A DNA stretch of 64,000 nt from contig CAZVTT010000001.1 in assembly GCA_964629685.1 (NCBI GenBank), positions 244,603 to 308,602 of the forward strand, read 5' to 3'. The stretch comes from an uncultured Gammaproteobacteria bacterium. Lineage in GTDB: Bacteria > Patescibacteriota > Microgenomatia > UBA10105 > UBA927. The notes beneath the pieces were generated by a model. That model was not told the origin of the DNA, did not search any database, and was given only the letters and a program-made list of their open reading frames with translations. Shown one piece after another: positions 16,246-25,292 of the stretch. Positions within the stretch are counted from its first letter, which is position 1. Each line of letters begins with the position of its first letter. The position numbers and the translations under genes are program-made.

Positions 16246-16650
16246 ATGGACAATACATTTATAGATAAATTGGCGTTTATCGAAATCAAGAACAGAACGT
16301 TGCTGGTTACCTTAAGTAAAGGTAAGGATACCTGGTATATCCCCGGAGGGAAGAGGGAACCCGGCGAAACCGATGCACAGGCGCTTATTCGCGAAGTTAA
16401 AGAAGAATTAACCGTCAACATTATCCCGGAAACGATTACTGCCTGTGGGGTTTTTACTGCGCAGGCGCATGGGAAGCCGGAGGGTACGATGGTGCGTATG
16501 ACATGTTATACCGCGCAATACACGGGAGAACTTGTACCAAGTTCGGAAATAGATAAAATGGATTATTTTAGGTATAAACAAAAAATATTGTGCTCTGCCG
16601 TGGACAATCTGATTTTTGATGATCTGAAACGCAAAGCGTTGGTTGATTAA
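16246..16650 (+). CDS. NUDIX hydrolase
   Basis: Nudix box GGKREPGETDAQALIREVKEELT. Confidence 0.7.
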   Translation: MDNTFIDKLAFIEIKNRTLLVTLSKGKDTWYIPGGKREPGETDAQALIREVKEELTVNIIPETITACGVFTAQAHGKPEGTMVRMTCYTAQYTGELVPSSEIDKMDYFRYKQKILCSAVDNLIFDDLKRKALVD

Positions 16651-17185
16651 ATACTCCCCCATGAAAATACGGTTTCGTTTAGCTGTAATAGAAGATTTGG
16701 AAGCATATACTGCTTTACTTCAACAGGTATACCAGGATGCATATACCAATAAGGATTTAGGGTTAACACCAGAGTGTTTTTCCCGGGAAGTTTTCATGAC
16801 TCCCAGTACGCAGGAATATCTTCTGTCAAATCTGCACCATAATGAAACTCAACAAACATGGCTTGCGATCGGCGATAATACACTTATGGGTGCCGTTACC
16901 ATTGTGGATCGGGGGAGTGAATGTGAATTAAGAGGTTTTTATGTCGCTGTTAATTTACAGGGTCAAGGTATAGGAAAGCAGCTGTTTATGAAGGCAAAAC
17001 AGTTTTGTGCCGGTAAACCTATCATTCTAGATATCTATGCGCACAATCTGAAAACCATCTCGTTGTATCAGAAATGGGGATTCGTGATAGATGAAACTAA
17101 ACCGGCGTTTTTCCGCCATTGGCCGGAATGGCCGGAAGGCTTGCAGGCGAAGTGTATATACATGAGATTGCCGGCCGCAGGGTAG
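16643..17185 (+). CDS. GNAT family N-acetyltransferase
   Basis: Acetyl-CoA binding motif VAVNLQGQGIGKQLF. Overlaps the upstream gene by 8 nt. Confidence 0.6.
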   Translation: MIKYSPMKIRFRLAVIEDLEAYTALLQQVYQDAYTNKDLGLTPECFSREVFMTPSTQEYLLSNLHHNETQQTWLAIGDNTLMGAVTIVDRGSECELRGFYVAVNLQGQGIGKQLFMKAKQFCAGKPIILDIYAHNLKTISLYQKWGFVIDETKPAFFRHWPEWPEGLQAKCIYMRLPAAG

Positions 17186-17203
17186 TCCCGATATGATGAA
17201 TAT

Positions 17204-17554
17204 ATGAAAATACAGATAAAAAGGATTTTCGACTTGTGCTCCTGGGGTATTCCGTTCGTACTGTATGTTTTAAGTTGGTACTTTCAGTATTACAATCGTT
17301 ATCCGGTTAGTAATGCGATCTGGAAGGAATATTGGCACCAATTCTATTACTTTTATCTCCTGGCAGGAGGTGTAAATCTGATACTCTATTTTGAATTAGG
17401 ACAAAAAAACTTAAAGGGATTTTTAGCATTTTTTAAAGCTCCGGTAGTGGGATTTCTGCTGACAATGTTCTCTTACGCCTTGGCAGCAATATCACGGGAT
17501 ATTTTAAACGTCATGTTTCTTATACTTTTCCGTAAGCCGTTGTTCATGTATTAA
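17204..17554 (+). CDS. hypothetical membrane protein
   Basis: 116 aa with three or four hydrophobic helices. Confidence 0.35.
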   Translation: MKIQIKRIFDLCSWGIPFVLYVLSWYFQYYNRYPVSNAIWKEYWHQFYYFYLLAGGVNLILYFELGQKNLKGFLAFFKAPVVGFLLTMFSYALAAISRDILNVMFLILFRKPLFMY

Positions 17555-17570
17555 TTTCCGTGCTATTTTT

Positions 17571-18107
17571 ATGATGACGATTATTGGTGGACCGATGTTT
17601 TCAGGCAAAACGACATGGCTGCTGGATCATATAAAAAAGTTACCCGGCGGAACTTTTCAGCTCTTTAAACCGGGAATGGATAAGCGGTATGCGGCAGATA
17701 AATGCGTTTCCCATACGGGGGTATCGTTCCCTGCAATGAATTTGGATACGGAAAATCCGCACATTCCCCGGTTGGTATCTGCAGTAAAGACGATACTCAT
17801 AGATGAGCTGAATTTTTTTCACCCTGAAAAACTTATTTCGGAATTGCAAAAACAAATGAATGCCGGAAAAGCGGTTATTGCCGCAGGCTTACTTTACGAT
17901 TTCAGACGGCAGCCTTTCGGTGCCACGTTGCCGTTGTCAAAAATAGCCAAGACATACATCCCGCTTTACGCTTCATGTGATTATTGTGGCGGTTTAGCCG
18001 AGTACAACTATCGGAAGGTAGCCGGAGATAGTCAGGTATTGTTGGGTGCGCAGGAAACCTATGGTGTTTGTTGTAATTCCTGTTGGGATCAGATACCTGC
18101 GTCATAG
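17571..18107 (+). CDS. tdk: thymidine kinase
   Basis: P-loop GPMFSGKTT, IDELNFF and a C-terminal zinc ribbon (CDYCGG...CCNSCW). Confidence 0.85.
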   Translation: MMTIIGGPMFSGKTTWLLDHIKKLPGGTFQLFKPGMDKRYAADKCVSHTGVSFPAMNLDTENPHIPRLVSAVKTILIDELNFFHPEKLISELQKQMNAGKAVIAAGLLYDFRRQPFGATLPLSKIAKTYIPLYASCDYCGGLAEYNYRKVAGDSQVLLGAQETYGVCCNSCWDQIPAS

Positions 18108-18150
18108 ATGTTTTCTTGTAGATGCAATCTCAGCATGGTATAAATAGGTT

Positions 18151-18666
18151 ATGGAGACGCGGAAACACCACGAGGATGAAGATACTCAGGAAGTACTCCT
18201 GACGTGGAATGCTCCCGCCCGGTTGTTTAAGCGCAGGGATAAGGAATTTTATACCAACATCGGTGCCATAGTATTCTTGCTTATCATTATTCTGATTTTC
18301 GCCCACGAATTTTTTCTTATTGCGGCTGTGCTTTCAGTTGTATTCTTTGTTTATGTTGTCTCTACGGTGCCGCCGGAAGAAGTGCGTCACCGCATTATAA
18401 ATCTGGGATTGGATAATGCCGGTACCTTATACCGATGGGATGACCTGCTGGATTTCTGGGTAGAAGAGCAGTGGGGGCAGATTATGTTTATCGTCCGACA
18501 GAAATACGGTACCAGGTTAATTCTCTTAGTTCCGGAAAATCATAAGGCGAAGGCCAGAGAGTTACTGGCAAAGCATATTCCGTTTTTGGAAAAACCCGAT
18601 AAAACATGGGTTGATAACGCTGCTCATTGGCTCTCCAACAAAGTACCTCTGGAGAAATCTTCCTAG
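18151..18666 (+). CDS. hypothetical membrane protein
   Basis: 171 aa with two TM helices (IGAIVFLLIIILIFAHEFFLIAAVLSVVFFVYVV). Confidence 0.4.
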   Translation: METRKHHEDEDTQEVLLTWNAPARLFKRRDKEFYTNIGAIVFLLIIILIFAHEFFLIAAVLSVVFFVYVVSTVPPEEVRHRIINLGLDNAGTLYRWDDLLDFWVEEQWGQIMFIVRQKYGTRLILLVPENHKAKARELLAKHIPFLEKPDKTWVDNAAHWLSNKVPLEKSS

Positions 18667-18747
18667 CGCGTTTCGCCGATCCGTAGTACAATATTCCCAT
18701 AGTATTTGTACCTGGTTCAGCGGGATGGTGCATATATTTGTGGATAC

Positions 18748-18819
18748 GCTCCCGTAGTTCAACGGATAGAATGGAGGTTTGCGGAACCTCTGATCGCAGT
18801 TCGATTCTGCGCGGGAGCG
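18748..18819 (+). tRNA. tRNA-Arg (anticodon read as GCG)
   Basis: Acceptor GCTCCCG/CGGGAGC, D-stem GTTC/GAAT, anticodon stem GAGGT/ACCTC with loop TTGCGGA, T-arm CGCAGTTCGATTCTGCG, discriminator G. Confidence 0.6.
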
Positions 18820-18857
18820 CTAATATTTTCAATTAGGAACAGGGTTCAGACTCGTTT

Positions 18858-18944
18858 GGTGAGGTGTCGGAGTGGTTAAACGGCCAGGTCTCGAAAACCT
18901 TGGGAGGGGAAACCCTCACGCGAGTTCGAATCTCGCCCTCACCG
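18858..18944 (+). tRNA. tRNA-Ser (anticodon CGA)
   Basis: Acceptor GGTGAGG/CCTCACC, anticodon loop CTCGAAA, long variable arm GGGAGGGGAAACCCTCAC, T-arm GCGAGTTCGAATCTCGC, CCA encoded. Confidence 0.75.
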
Positions 18945-18998
18945 CCAATTCCACACACGTACACACGGGTATTACGCTGAATCTTCAGTAGAAGCGCG

Positions 18999-21425
18999 TT
19001 GGAATTTATTATGACGAGGCACCGGAAAGATATTCTGCTGGTAATTCTGTTTTTCGTGTTATCGGCAGTGATATTCCGAAAATACATACTCCAACATCAG
19101 GTCCCTTTCCCCGCAAATTTACTTGTTTCGTATTACCAACCCTGGAAATCATATCCGTATCCCGAATATCCAAACGGGCCGCCGAATAAGCCCATGGGGT
19201 TTGATAATCTGCGGATCCATTTCCCGCTGCGGATGTTAGCTACATCGCAGGTAAAACAAGGTCTCGCTCCGCTTTGGAATCCTTTTAATTTTTCCGGAAA
19301 TACACTTTTGGCTACATATCAATCTGCCATATTTCATCCCTTATCATGGCTCTATTTGCTGCTACCGGGAATAGATGCCTGGTCGGTAATCATTCTGTTA
19401 CAGCCGTTTTTGGGTCTGGTGTTTTTCTTTCTTTTTCTGCGGGAAATCGGTTATTCACTATTAGCCAGCGGGTTGGGCAGTATGACATTCGCATTATCCG
19501 GTACCTTGCTGGTTTGGTGGGAGGAAGCATATGTGGCTGGATATACGGCAATCGGGCTTCCTTTAGCACTGTTGGCAATAGAAAAATTTCAAAAGCGGGG
19601 GGGACGGGTAAATTTTACCCTTGTAGTTCTTGGGTTTATATGGTTATTAGTTTCCGGATGGTTTCAATTTACATTATATAGTTTTATTTTTATTGGATTG
19701 TGGTGTTGGTACAGGGTTTATATATTGCACGCTATTAATTGCAAGCGTATGCTCCTTGTTCTATGTGCTCTGGTTGTTGCCGTATTGCTTAGCGGTATTC
19801 ACCTGCTTCCTGCTGCGGAAGCATATATCCATTCTCCCCGGGCGAGTACTGACGCGAAATATTTATTTGACGGTTATCTCATGCCGTTATCCCATTTGGC
19901 TACAATTATCGCACCGGATTTTTTCGGTAATCCCGCCACGTATTCTTTTTTCGGAAAAGGATTTTATTATGAGCACGTCATGTACTTCGGTGTGGTGTCG
20001 TTGGTATTCGTTTTATATGCATTGCAAATGGTTTCCGTCAGGGATAAGAAAGCAATTCCGGGCTACTTTTTTTTGTTTTTTCTGTCACTCGGTTTGGCAC
20101 TTCCGACCAGTTGGTTTTTGCTTTATACCCTGCATCTGCCCTTAATATCGGTGCTTATTCCATCTCGAATATTTTTTCTCTCGACGGTAAGTGCTGCCAT
20201 TTTGGCAGCCGAAGGTATGGAGCGTTTTTCCGAAAAACCTCAGGGAAAAAAGATGCTGACCGTGCTCGGATTACTTGGTGTGATGTTGTCGGGTATGTGG
20301 ATGTTTGTGTTGTATATGAAGTACACAGATCCCCAATCTTCATTTGCTACTGTAACTCTTCGTAACCTGGTTTTGCCTACGGTTATGTGTGTCTTAACTT
20401 TGCTCCTGCAGATAATTGCGTTTAATCGGGTTTGGCGGAAAGCGGCGCTTTGGAGTTTGCTTCTCGTTGCCGGTTTGGGTTCGGTATATATGGCGAATAA
20501 ATATCTCTATTTTTCAGAAGCACGATTCGTTTATCCCGATGTGCCGGTAATTACTACCTTAAGGGAGAAAGCCGGGATAAATCGGGTTTGGGGATTCGGT
20601 GACGCAGTACTGGAAAATAATTTCTCGACTATGCTCGGTTTATATACCATTGAAGGGTATGATTCATTCTTCATCGGAAGATACGGTGAACTCTTGTGGG
20701 CTGCTGCCAATAACGGCGTCGTATCGCATGATATCCCCAGAGCCGATGCGCGTTTATCCGCACAACAGTGGGGTGGGAAATATTTCGTTCATCCGCAGCA
20801 GGCAAAAATACTGGCGCTTCTGGGCGTTAAGTATCTGTTCGGGACAAATACCGGCACGGAGGAAGACGCTCCGTTTAGTGGTACGGAACCATTAAAGCGT
20901 ATTTGGCACGATAGTGCCTATGCAATATATGAAAGCGGTTCGGCATACCCTCGCGTATTTTTCGTAGACAATTATGTTATCCGAAATAGTGACCAGGAAA
21001 TAGTGTCGACGATGTTTGCGGATACCACGGATTTACGGAGAACGGTAGTTTTGGAAAGAGATCCCCAAATAGGTCATGTTGACGCATCCGAGTATACCGC
21101 GAATGTAATTTCTTATACGCCGCATCTGGTTTCCGTAGAAACCAAATCTGAAAAGGACGCCATATTATTTCTTTCCGATGTATATTTCCCCGGTTGGCGT
21201 GTGTATATAGATGGGAACAGACGCGATATATTACGGGCAAATTATACCTTCCGGAGTGTCGTTGTTCCGGCAGGGACTCATTTGGTAGAGTGGCGCTACG
21301 AACCGGATTCCTGGCGCTTCGGGTGGGTTATGTTCACGGGTGGTGTCCTATTATTCTGTATGATTATTTTTTACTACAAACCGGGAGCTGTTACCGTACA
21401 AAGAAGCAGAAAAAAAACGGTATAA
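18999..21425 (+). CDS. YfhO-family polytopic membrane protein (putative glycosyltransferase for cell-envelope polymers)
   Basis: 808 aa. N-terminal pattern LLVSYYQPW...YPEYPNGPPNKP...FDNLRIHFPLRMLATSQVKQGLAPLWNP, then more than 10 TM helices and a large C-terminal extracytoplasmic domain, as in YfhO proteins. Confidence 0.55.
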   Translation: MEFIMTRHRKDILLVILFFVLSAVIFRKYILQHQVPFPANLLVSYYQPWKSYPYPEYPNGPPNKPMGFDNLRIHFPLRMLATSQVKQGLAPLWNPFNFSGNTLLATYQSAIFHPLSWLYLLLPGIDAWSVIILLQPFLGLVFFFLFLREIGYSLLASGLGSMTFALSGTLLVWWEEAYVAGYTAIGLPLALLAIEKFQKRGGRVNFTLVVLGFIWLLVSGWFQFTLYSFIFIGLWCWYRVYILHAINCKRMLLVLCALVVAVLLSGIHLLPAAEAYIHSPRASTDAKYLFDGYLMPLSHLATIIAPDFFGNPATYSFFGKGFYYEHVMYFGVVSLVFVLYALQMVSVRDKKAIPGYFFLFFLSLGLALPTSWFLLYTLHLPLISVLIPSRIFFLSTVSAAILAAEGMERFSEKPQGKKMLTVLGLLGVMLSGMWMFVLYMKYTDPQSSFATVTLRNLVLPTVMCVLTLLLQIIAFNRVWRKAALWSLLLVAGLGSVYMANKYLYFSEARFVYPDVPVITTLREKAGINRVWGFGDAVLENNFSTMLGLYTIEGYDSFFIGRYGELLWAAANNGVVSHDIPRADARLSAQQWGGKYFVHPQQAKILALLGVKYLFGTNTGTEEDAPFSGTEPLKRIWHDSAYAIYESGSAYPRVFFVDNYVIRNSDQEIVSTMFADTTDLRRTVVLERDPQIGHVDASEYTANVISYTPHLVSVETKSEKDAILFLSDVYFPGWRVYIDGNRRDILRANYTFRSVVVPAGTHLVEWRYEPDSWRFGWVMFTGGVLLFCMIIFYYKPGAVTVQRSRKKTV

Positions 21426-21680
21426 AATGTTGTTTTTGGATTGCAGGAACAATATCTCTGTGATAAAGTACAATCGTTGCTTACTGATGGACATAGTGTC
21501 CGACAACCCTTGGAAGCAATATGATGGGAAATCCCGCTGAGTGGGAGTTATGGGGTAGTACCAACAGTAGCTGATGGAGAAGATTAAAATTCGTCACGAA
21601 GGGAAGTGGAGAGGGAATCCTTCGTGACTCTTTGTAAGGAAGTATCGTTGGGAAAGAAACGTAGTTTCTGTCCCAGAACG

Positions 21681-21752
21681 CTCCTGTAGTTTAATGGATA
21701 GAACGCGGCCCTCCGAAGGCTGTAATGGCAGTTCGACTCTGCCCGGGAGCGC
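21681..21752 (+). tRNA. tRNA-Arg (anticodon CCG)
   Basis: Acceptor GCTCCTG/CGGGAGC, anticodon stem CGGCC/GGCTG with loop CTCCGAA, T-arm GGCAGTTCGACTCTGCC. Paralogous to the tRNA at 18748. Confidence 0.7.
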
Positions 21753-21803
21753 AGTAAATAAACGGTGTGAAGTGGTATAGAATTATCGTGTAACCGGCCC
21801 AAT

Positions 21804-22463
21804 ATGTTTCGGATAGTCCGCAGTATTATTTTGTCAGTATTCCTGGTTGTAATGGGATTATTGCTTTTTAAGGACCGCCAACCTCAGCTTGCTGCCTGGT
21901 TATTTCCCGGTGATGTCGATATCAATTCGTTAGCGCATGCCAATAAGCCGGTATCCGTGGTGGCGCCTACCGTAACGGTGACGCCCTCTCCCACACCGAA
22001 AACGGTGTTGGATTTGACGCCGAACACGTTAAGTATTCCCAAGTTGGGTATTCATGCACAAATCGAACCTGTCGGTGTGACTGCAAACCGTAATATGGAT
22101 ACCCCTAAACACGCCGAGAATGCTTCCTGGTATAAATATGGAGTAAAGCCTTCGGAGCGGGGGAATGCCGTAATTGCTGCCCATTTTGATACGCCTTCCG
22201 GAAAACCCGCATTATTTTATAATTTACGGACATTGGAAATCGGGGACGAATTATCCGTTACGGCGACGAATGGTGTGGTTTCTGAATTTGTAGTAACCGG
22301 AAAGTCGTTTGAGCCTTACAGCACGTTCCCCAGTGATTATGTATTTAACACGAAAGAAGGCAGAAACGTAAATCTGATTACGTGTGACGGAGTGTTTGAT
22401 CGGGCAACAAAACTTTATAGCCGCAGATTAGTAGTGTACACCACCATGAAAGGAACATTCTAA
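21804..22463 (+). CDS. sortase-family transpeptidase
   Basis: N-terminal TM, LSIPKLGIHAQIEPVGV, His block (AAHFD), active-site Cys in LITCDG, and a C-terminal Arg (YSRRLVVYTT). Confidence 0.7.
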   Translation: MFRIVRSIILSVFLVVMGLLLFKDRQPQLAAWLFPGDVDINSLAHANKPVSVVAPTVTVTPSPTPKTVLDLTPNTLSIPKLGIHAQIEPVGVTANRNMDTPKHAENASWYKYGVKPSERGNAVIAAHFDTPSGKPALFYNLRTLEIGDELSVTATNGVVSEFVVTGKSFEPYSTFPSDYVFNTKEGRNVNLITCDGVFDRATKLYSRRLVVYTTMKGTF

Positions 22464-22464
22464 T

Positions 22465-23112
22465 ATGGCAAAATCAAAAAAGATTTCGCGCTATCCAGCA
22501 TTACCTTGGGATTTGATTATCATCGGGCTTATAGCCGGAGCAATGCTGGTATTTCGTTTCGGGGCATTACCTTCGACTGATTTACGCAGTCGGGCAGCTA
22601 CGGAGGTTCCTGTTCCTACCGGTTTTGTAATGAATCAGTTACTTCCTGCGCAAAATGTGTTGGTTCCGCCTTCGGTCAGAGTCGCAACCGGTTCAAGATC
22701 CTTTGATATGCACAAACCCATGTCTGTGGGTGTGGTACTAAATACCGGGACGTTGGCCATATCGGAAGCCACGGTAACCGTAACATACGATCCGGATTTT
22801 TTAGTACTAGCTGATGATGGTGTAATACTTGCCGATAAAGTAAACGCTACACTGCAAGTTGAAAAAAGAGTTCCGGGTGAAATACAAATTACCGTATTTG
22901 TAACGGAAGAAGCAGGACAATCCGCCCTTACGTTTAATGCAGAAAATCCATTAGTATTTCTCACGTTTGTACCTACAGGGACGGCGGTATCCGGTACGGT
23001 TGTGGAACCAATACTTACGAAAAGTCAGTTGGCAGGTGTCCGGGGAAATGCGGAAATACCGGAGAAAATTGAGTTTAGAAGTGCAGAAGGTGTACAATTG
23101 GACCTCCAATAA
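22465..23112 (+). CDS. hypothetical membrane-anchored protein
   Basis: 215 aa with an N-terminal TM (LIIIGLIAGAMLVF) and then a beta-rich domain. Starts 2 nt after the sortase stop. Confidence 0.4.
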   Translation: MAKSKKISRYPALPWDLIIIGLIAGAMLVFRFGALPSTDLRSRAATEVPVPTGFVMNQLLPAQNVLVPPSVRVATGSRSFDMHKPMSVGVVLNTGTLAISEATVTVTYDPDFLVLADDGVILADKVNATLQVEKRVPGEIQITVFVTEEAGQSALTFNAENPLVFLTFVPTGTAVSGTVVEPILTKSQLAGVRGNAEIPEKIEFRSAEGVQLDLQ

Positions 23113-23129
23113 TCAAAAAAGGGGAAAAT

Positions 23130-23723
23130 ATGACTATCGAAGCAATGGTAAATCTGGTATACGAAGCGGCGGTCGTAAAGAGACTGAAGCGGACCGGTTG
23201 GCAAATAATGGGTGACAATGAAGAAGGTGTAGGAGAACACACGTTTATGACCTGCGTCATTGCCTATTTGCTGGCAAAGCAGATTAACACGAATCCGGAA
23301 CGACAGGAAAAGCCAAATATGGAAACAGTTATGCTTATGAGCGTCTTTCATGATTTTCATGAAGCCAGAACCGGAGAACTGGATAAAATTGCCAAGCTCT
23401 ATACCATGCGTGATGAAGGAAAAGCTAATCAGCATATTTTTAGCGGCGTTGATGACGAACTACTCGCTACATTAGAAGCGTATGAAGAGAAACAGTCAAT
23501 CGAAGCCCGGGTGGTTTATGAAGCAAACGTAATCGCGTTTTCCGTAGAAGTAAAATTATTGTTAGAAAAGGGAAACGTACATGCGGCGGACTGGCTTAAA
23601 TCAAACGATTCCCGCTTACGGTTGCCGGAATCGATTTCGTTAGCGGAAAAATTAGCGGCTTCCGACTCACATGTTTGGTGGAAAGATTTACGTGAAGTAA
23701 TTCGTGACGAGTTCACCCGGTAA
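23130..23723 (+). CDS. HD-domain phosphohydrolase (YfbR-like)
   Basis: Motifs GEHTFMT...HDFHEARTGELDKI. Paralog of 29046..29642. Confidence 0.6.
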   Translation: MTIEAMVNLVYEAAVVKRLKRTGWQIMGDNEEGVGEHTFMTCVIAYLLAKQINTNPERQEKPNMETVMLMSVFHDFHEARTGELDKIAKLYTMRDEGKANQHIFSGVDDELLATLEAYEEKQSIEARVVYEANVIAFSVEVKLLLEKGNVHAADWLKSNDSRLRLPESISLAEKLAASDSHVWWKDLREVIRDEFTR

Positions 23724-23751
23724 TCTTCATCTTTTATATTCTTCGGAATTA

Positions 23752-24888
23752 CTATCTGCAGACTAAACGAGGAATAAAATACGTAAGGTATTTACTAACA
23801 ACTGATCGGAATTCCAGTTGACAGGTAATTATTCTGTTTGGAAAAACGTATGTTCCGATAAACCGGGGTGTAGGTATTAGCATTTGGGTTGGAGTGGGGG
23901 TAGAGTGTGGAGTCGGCGATAGAGTAGGTGTGGGAGTGGATACCTCTGTGGGTGTTGGAGTTTCCATTGGTGTATCTGTCGGTACGGGAGTAGGTGTATT
24001 GGTCGGATCTGGTGTGTCCGTGGGTGATGGCGAAGTTATTGCTGTTGGTGTAGGGGTATTTACTACTGTTGGTTCGGGTATCTCAGTGGGTGAGGGTGTT
24101 ATTGTGGGCGTAGGTGTGTCTGTCGGAAAACCGGTAGGTTCCGGAGTAGGTGAACTGGTTGGTACCGGAGTGACAGTCGGTTCCAGTGTCGGTTCAATAG
24201 ATGGCGTCGGAGTATCCGTTGGAGCTGGCGGAGGTTCTTTGCCGGATAACTTATTTTGAGGCTGGGACGTTATTTTTAGTACAAAATCATTCGCGTTGTT
24301 GTCGGAATCCCAACCGTTTCCTTTGTGTTCATCCGTTCCTGAAATATCCATACTATCAGCGGTTGAGTTTATTAGAGCTTTTCGTTCTATACTGCCACTA
24401 TCTTCGGGATTTGCAATGGTTTGAGTTTCCTTGTCTGCAGCAGTTCCCAACCCCACTTTGTCTACCAGGGTTTGTCCGGCATCGCTGAATAACAATATGG
24501 TATTGTTGCCGGCGATGCTACTGCTCGACGCAGAATACCACTGATCGGGAAGTGCAGGGATCGTGGTAAACGCGGGATTCGCGATGAGAAAAAAACCCTT
24601 CGCAGGAATGGTTCCTGCCAGTGAGTTTACTAATGTTTGTGGCGTGGCACTTTCTGTGGCTGTTTTTTTAGCAAGTCTCCAACCGGAAATGTCTACATCA
24701 ACGTCTGTCGGATTGTATAGTTCTATGAATTCATCATTCGGTTGAACGCCGCGCAACTGTATTTCAGAAATAACTATGTGATCAATAGCTGACTGTACCC
24801 GGTGTGTAAAAACCGTGGTGAGTAAGATAACAAATGAAAGTACTGTAACAATTGATACGAGTGGCAGTGGCAGTCTACCGTAATTCAT
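23752..24888 (-). CDS. secreted/anchored lamin-tail-domain (LTD) protein with a long Pro/Thr-rich linker
   Basis: N-terminal signal anchor, LTD-like block (IVISEIQLRGVQPNDEFIELYNPTDVDVDISGWRL...GFFLIANPAF), then about 110 aa of PTP/TPT repeats. Confidence 0.5.
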   Translation of the reverse strand: MNYGRLPLPLVSIVTVLSFVILLTTVFTHRVQSAIDHIVISEIQLRGVQPNDEFIELYNPTDVDVDISGWRLAKKTATESATPQTLVNSLAGTIPAKGFFLIANPAFTTIPALPDQWYSASSSSIAGNNTILLFSDAGQTLVDKVGLGTAADKETQTIANPEDSGSIERKALINSTADSMDISGTDEHKGNGWDSDNNANDFVLKITSQPQNKLSGKEPPPAPTDTPTPSIEPTLEPTVTPVPTSSPTPEPTGFPTDTPTPTITPSPTEIPEPTVVNTPTPTAITSPSPTDTPDPTNTPTPVPTDTPMETPTPTEVSTPTPTLSPTPHSTPTPTQMLIPTPRFIGTYVFPNRIITCQLEFRSVVSKYLTYFIPRLVCR

Positions 24889-25059
24889 AGGAGTACAATT
24901 CCGTTTGTCTAAAGAAAATATATCAAGATTTTAAAGTAAGTCTGTACCATACCGTACTGTTACGCAAAACAGTCTAAATAGAGTATAATAATCCAGTTTC
25001 CGGACGGTATGAATGATCACTATCCGGAAAAAGGGGCAAGCATTTTAACAACAGTTTTT

Positions 25060-25149
<90 letters not shown>

Positions 25150-25292
25150 GTATAATTAATTGTGATATCTAATAAATAGCATCCGTTAAATTCTGATCGT
25201 CAACGATGTAGTAAAGTTCTGAACCGCTAACTGTCGAGTTGATCTATGGGAATAGATTTGAAGTATAGGTTTTTCTTCAACGAATCCACCGT

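Noticed and set aside
19346-20365. Internal ORFs 19346..19681, 19693..20145, 20111..20365 and minus-strand ORFs within the YfhO gene
   Set aside because: Embedded in an 808-aa continuous membrane-protein ORF with a consistent hydrophobic-helix pattern.
23890-24260. Strong short-period repetition in DNA (also 61700..61920), superficially CRISPR- or tandem-repeat-like
   Set aside because: It is the codon periodicity of Pro/Thr-rich linkers in the LTD proteins, with no constant repeat/spacer architecture. The antisense ORF 23894..24259 (GVGV-rich) is the mirror image of this and is not a gene.
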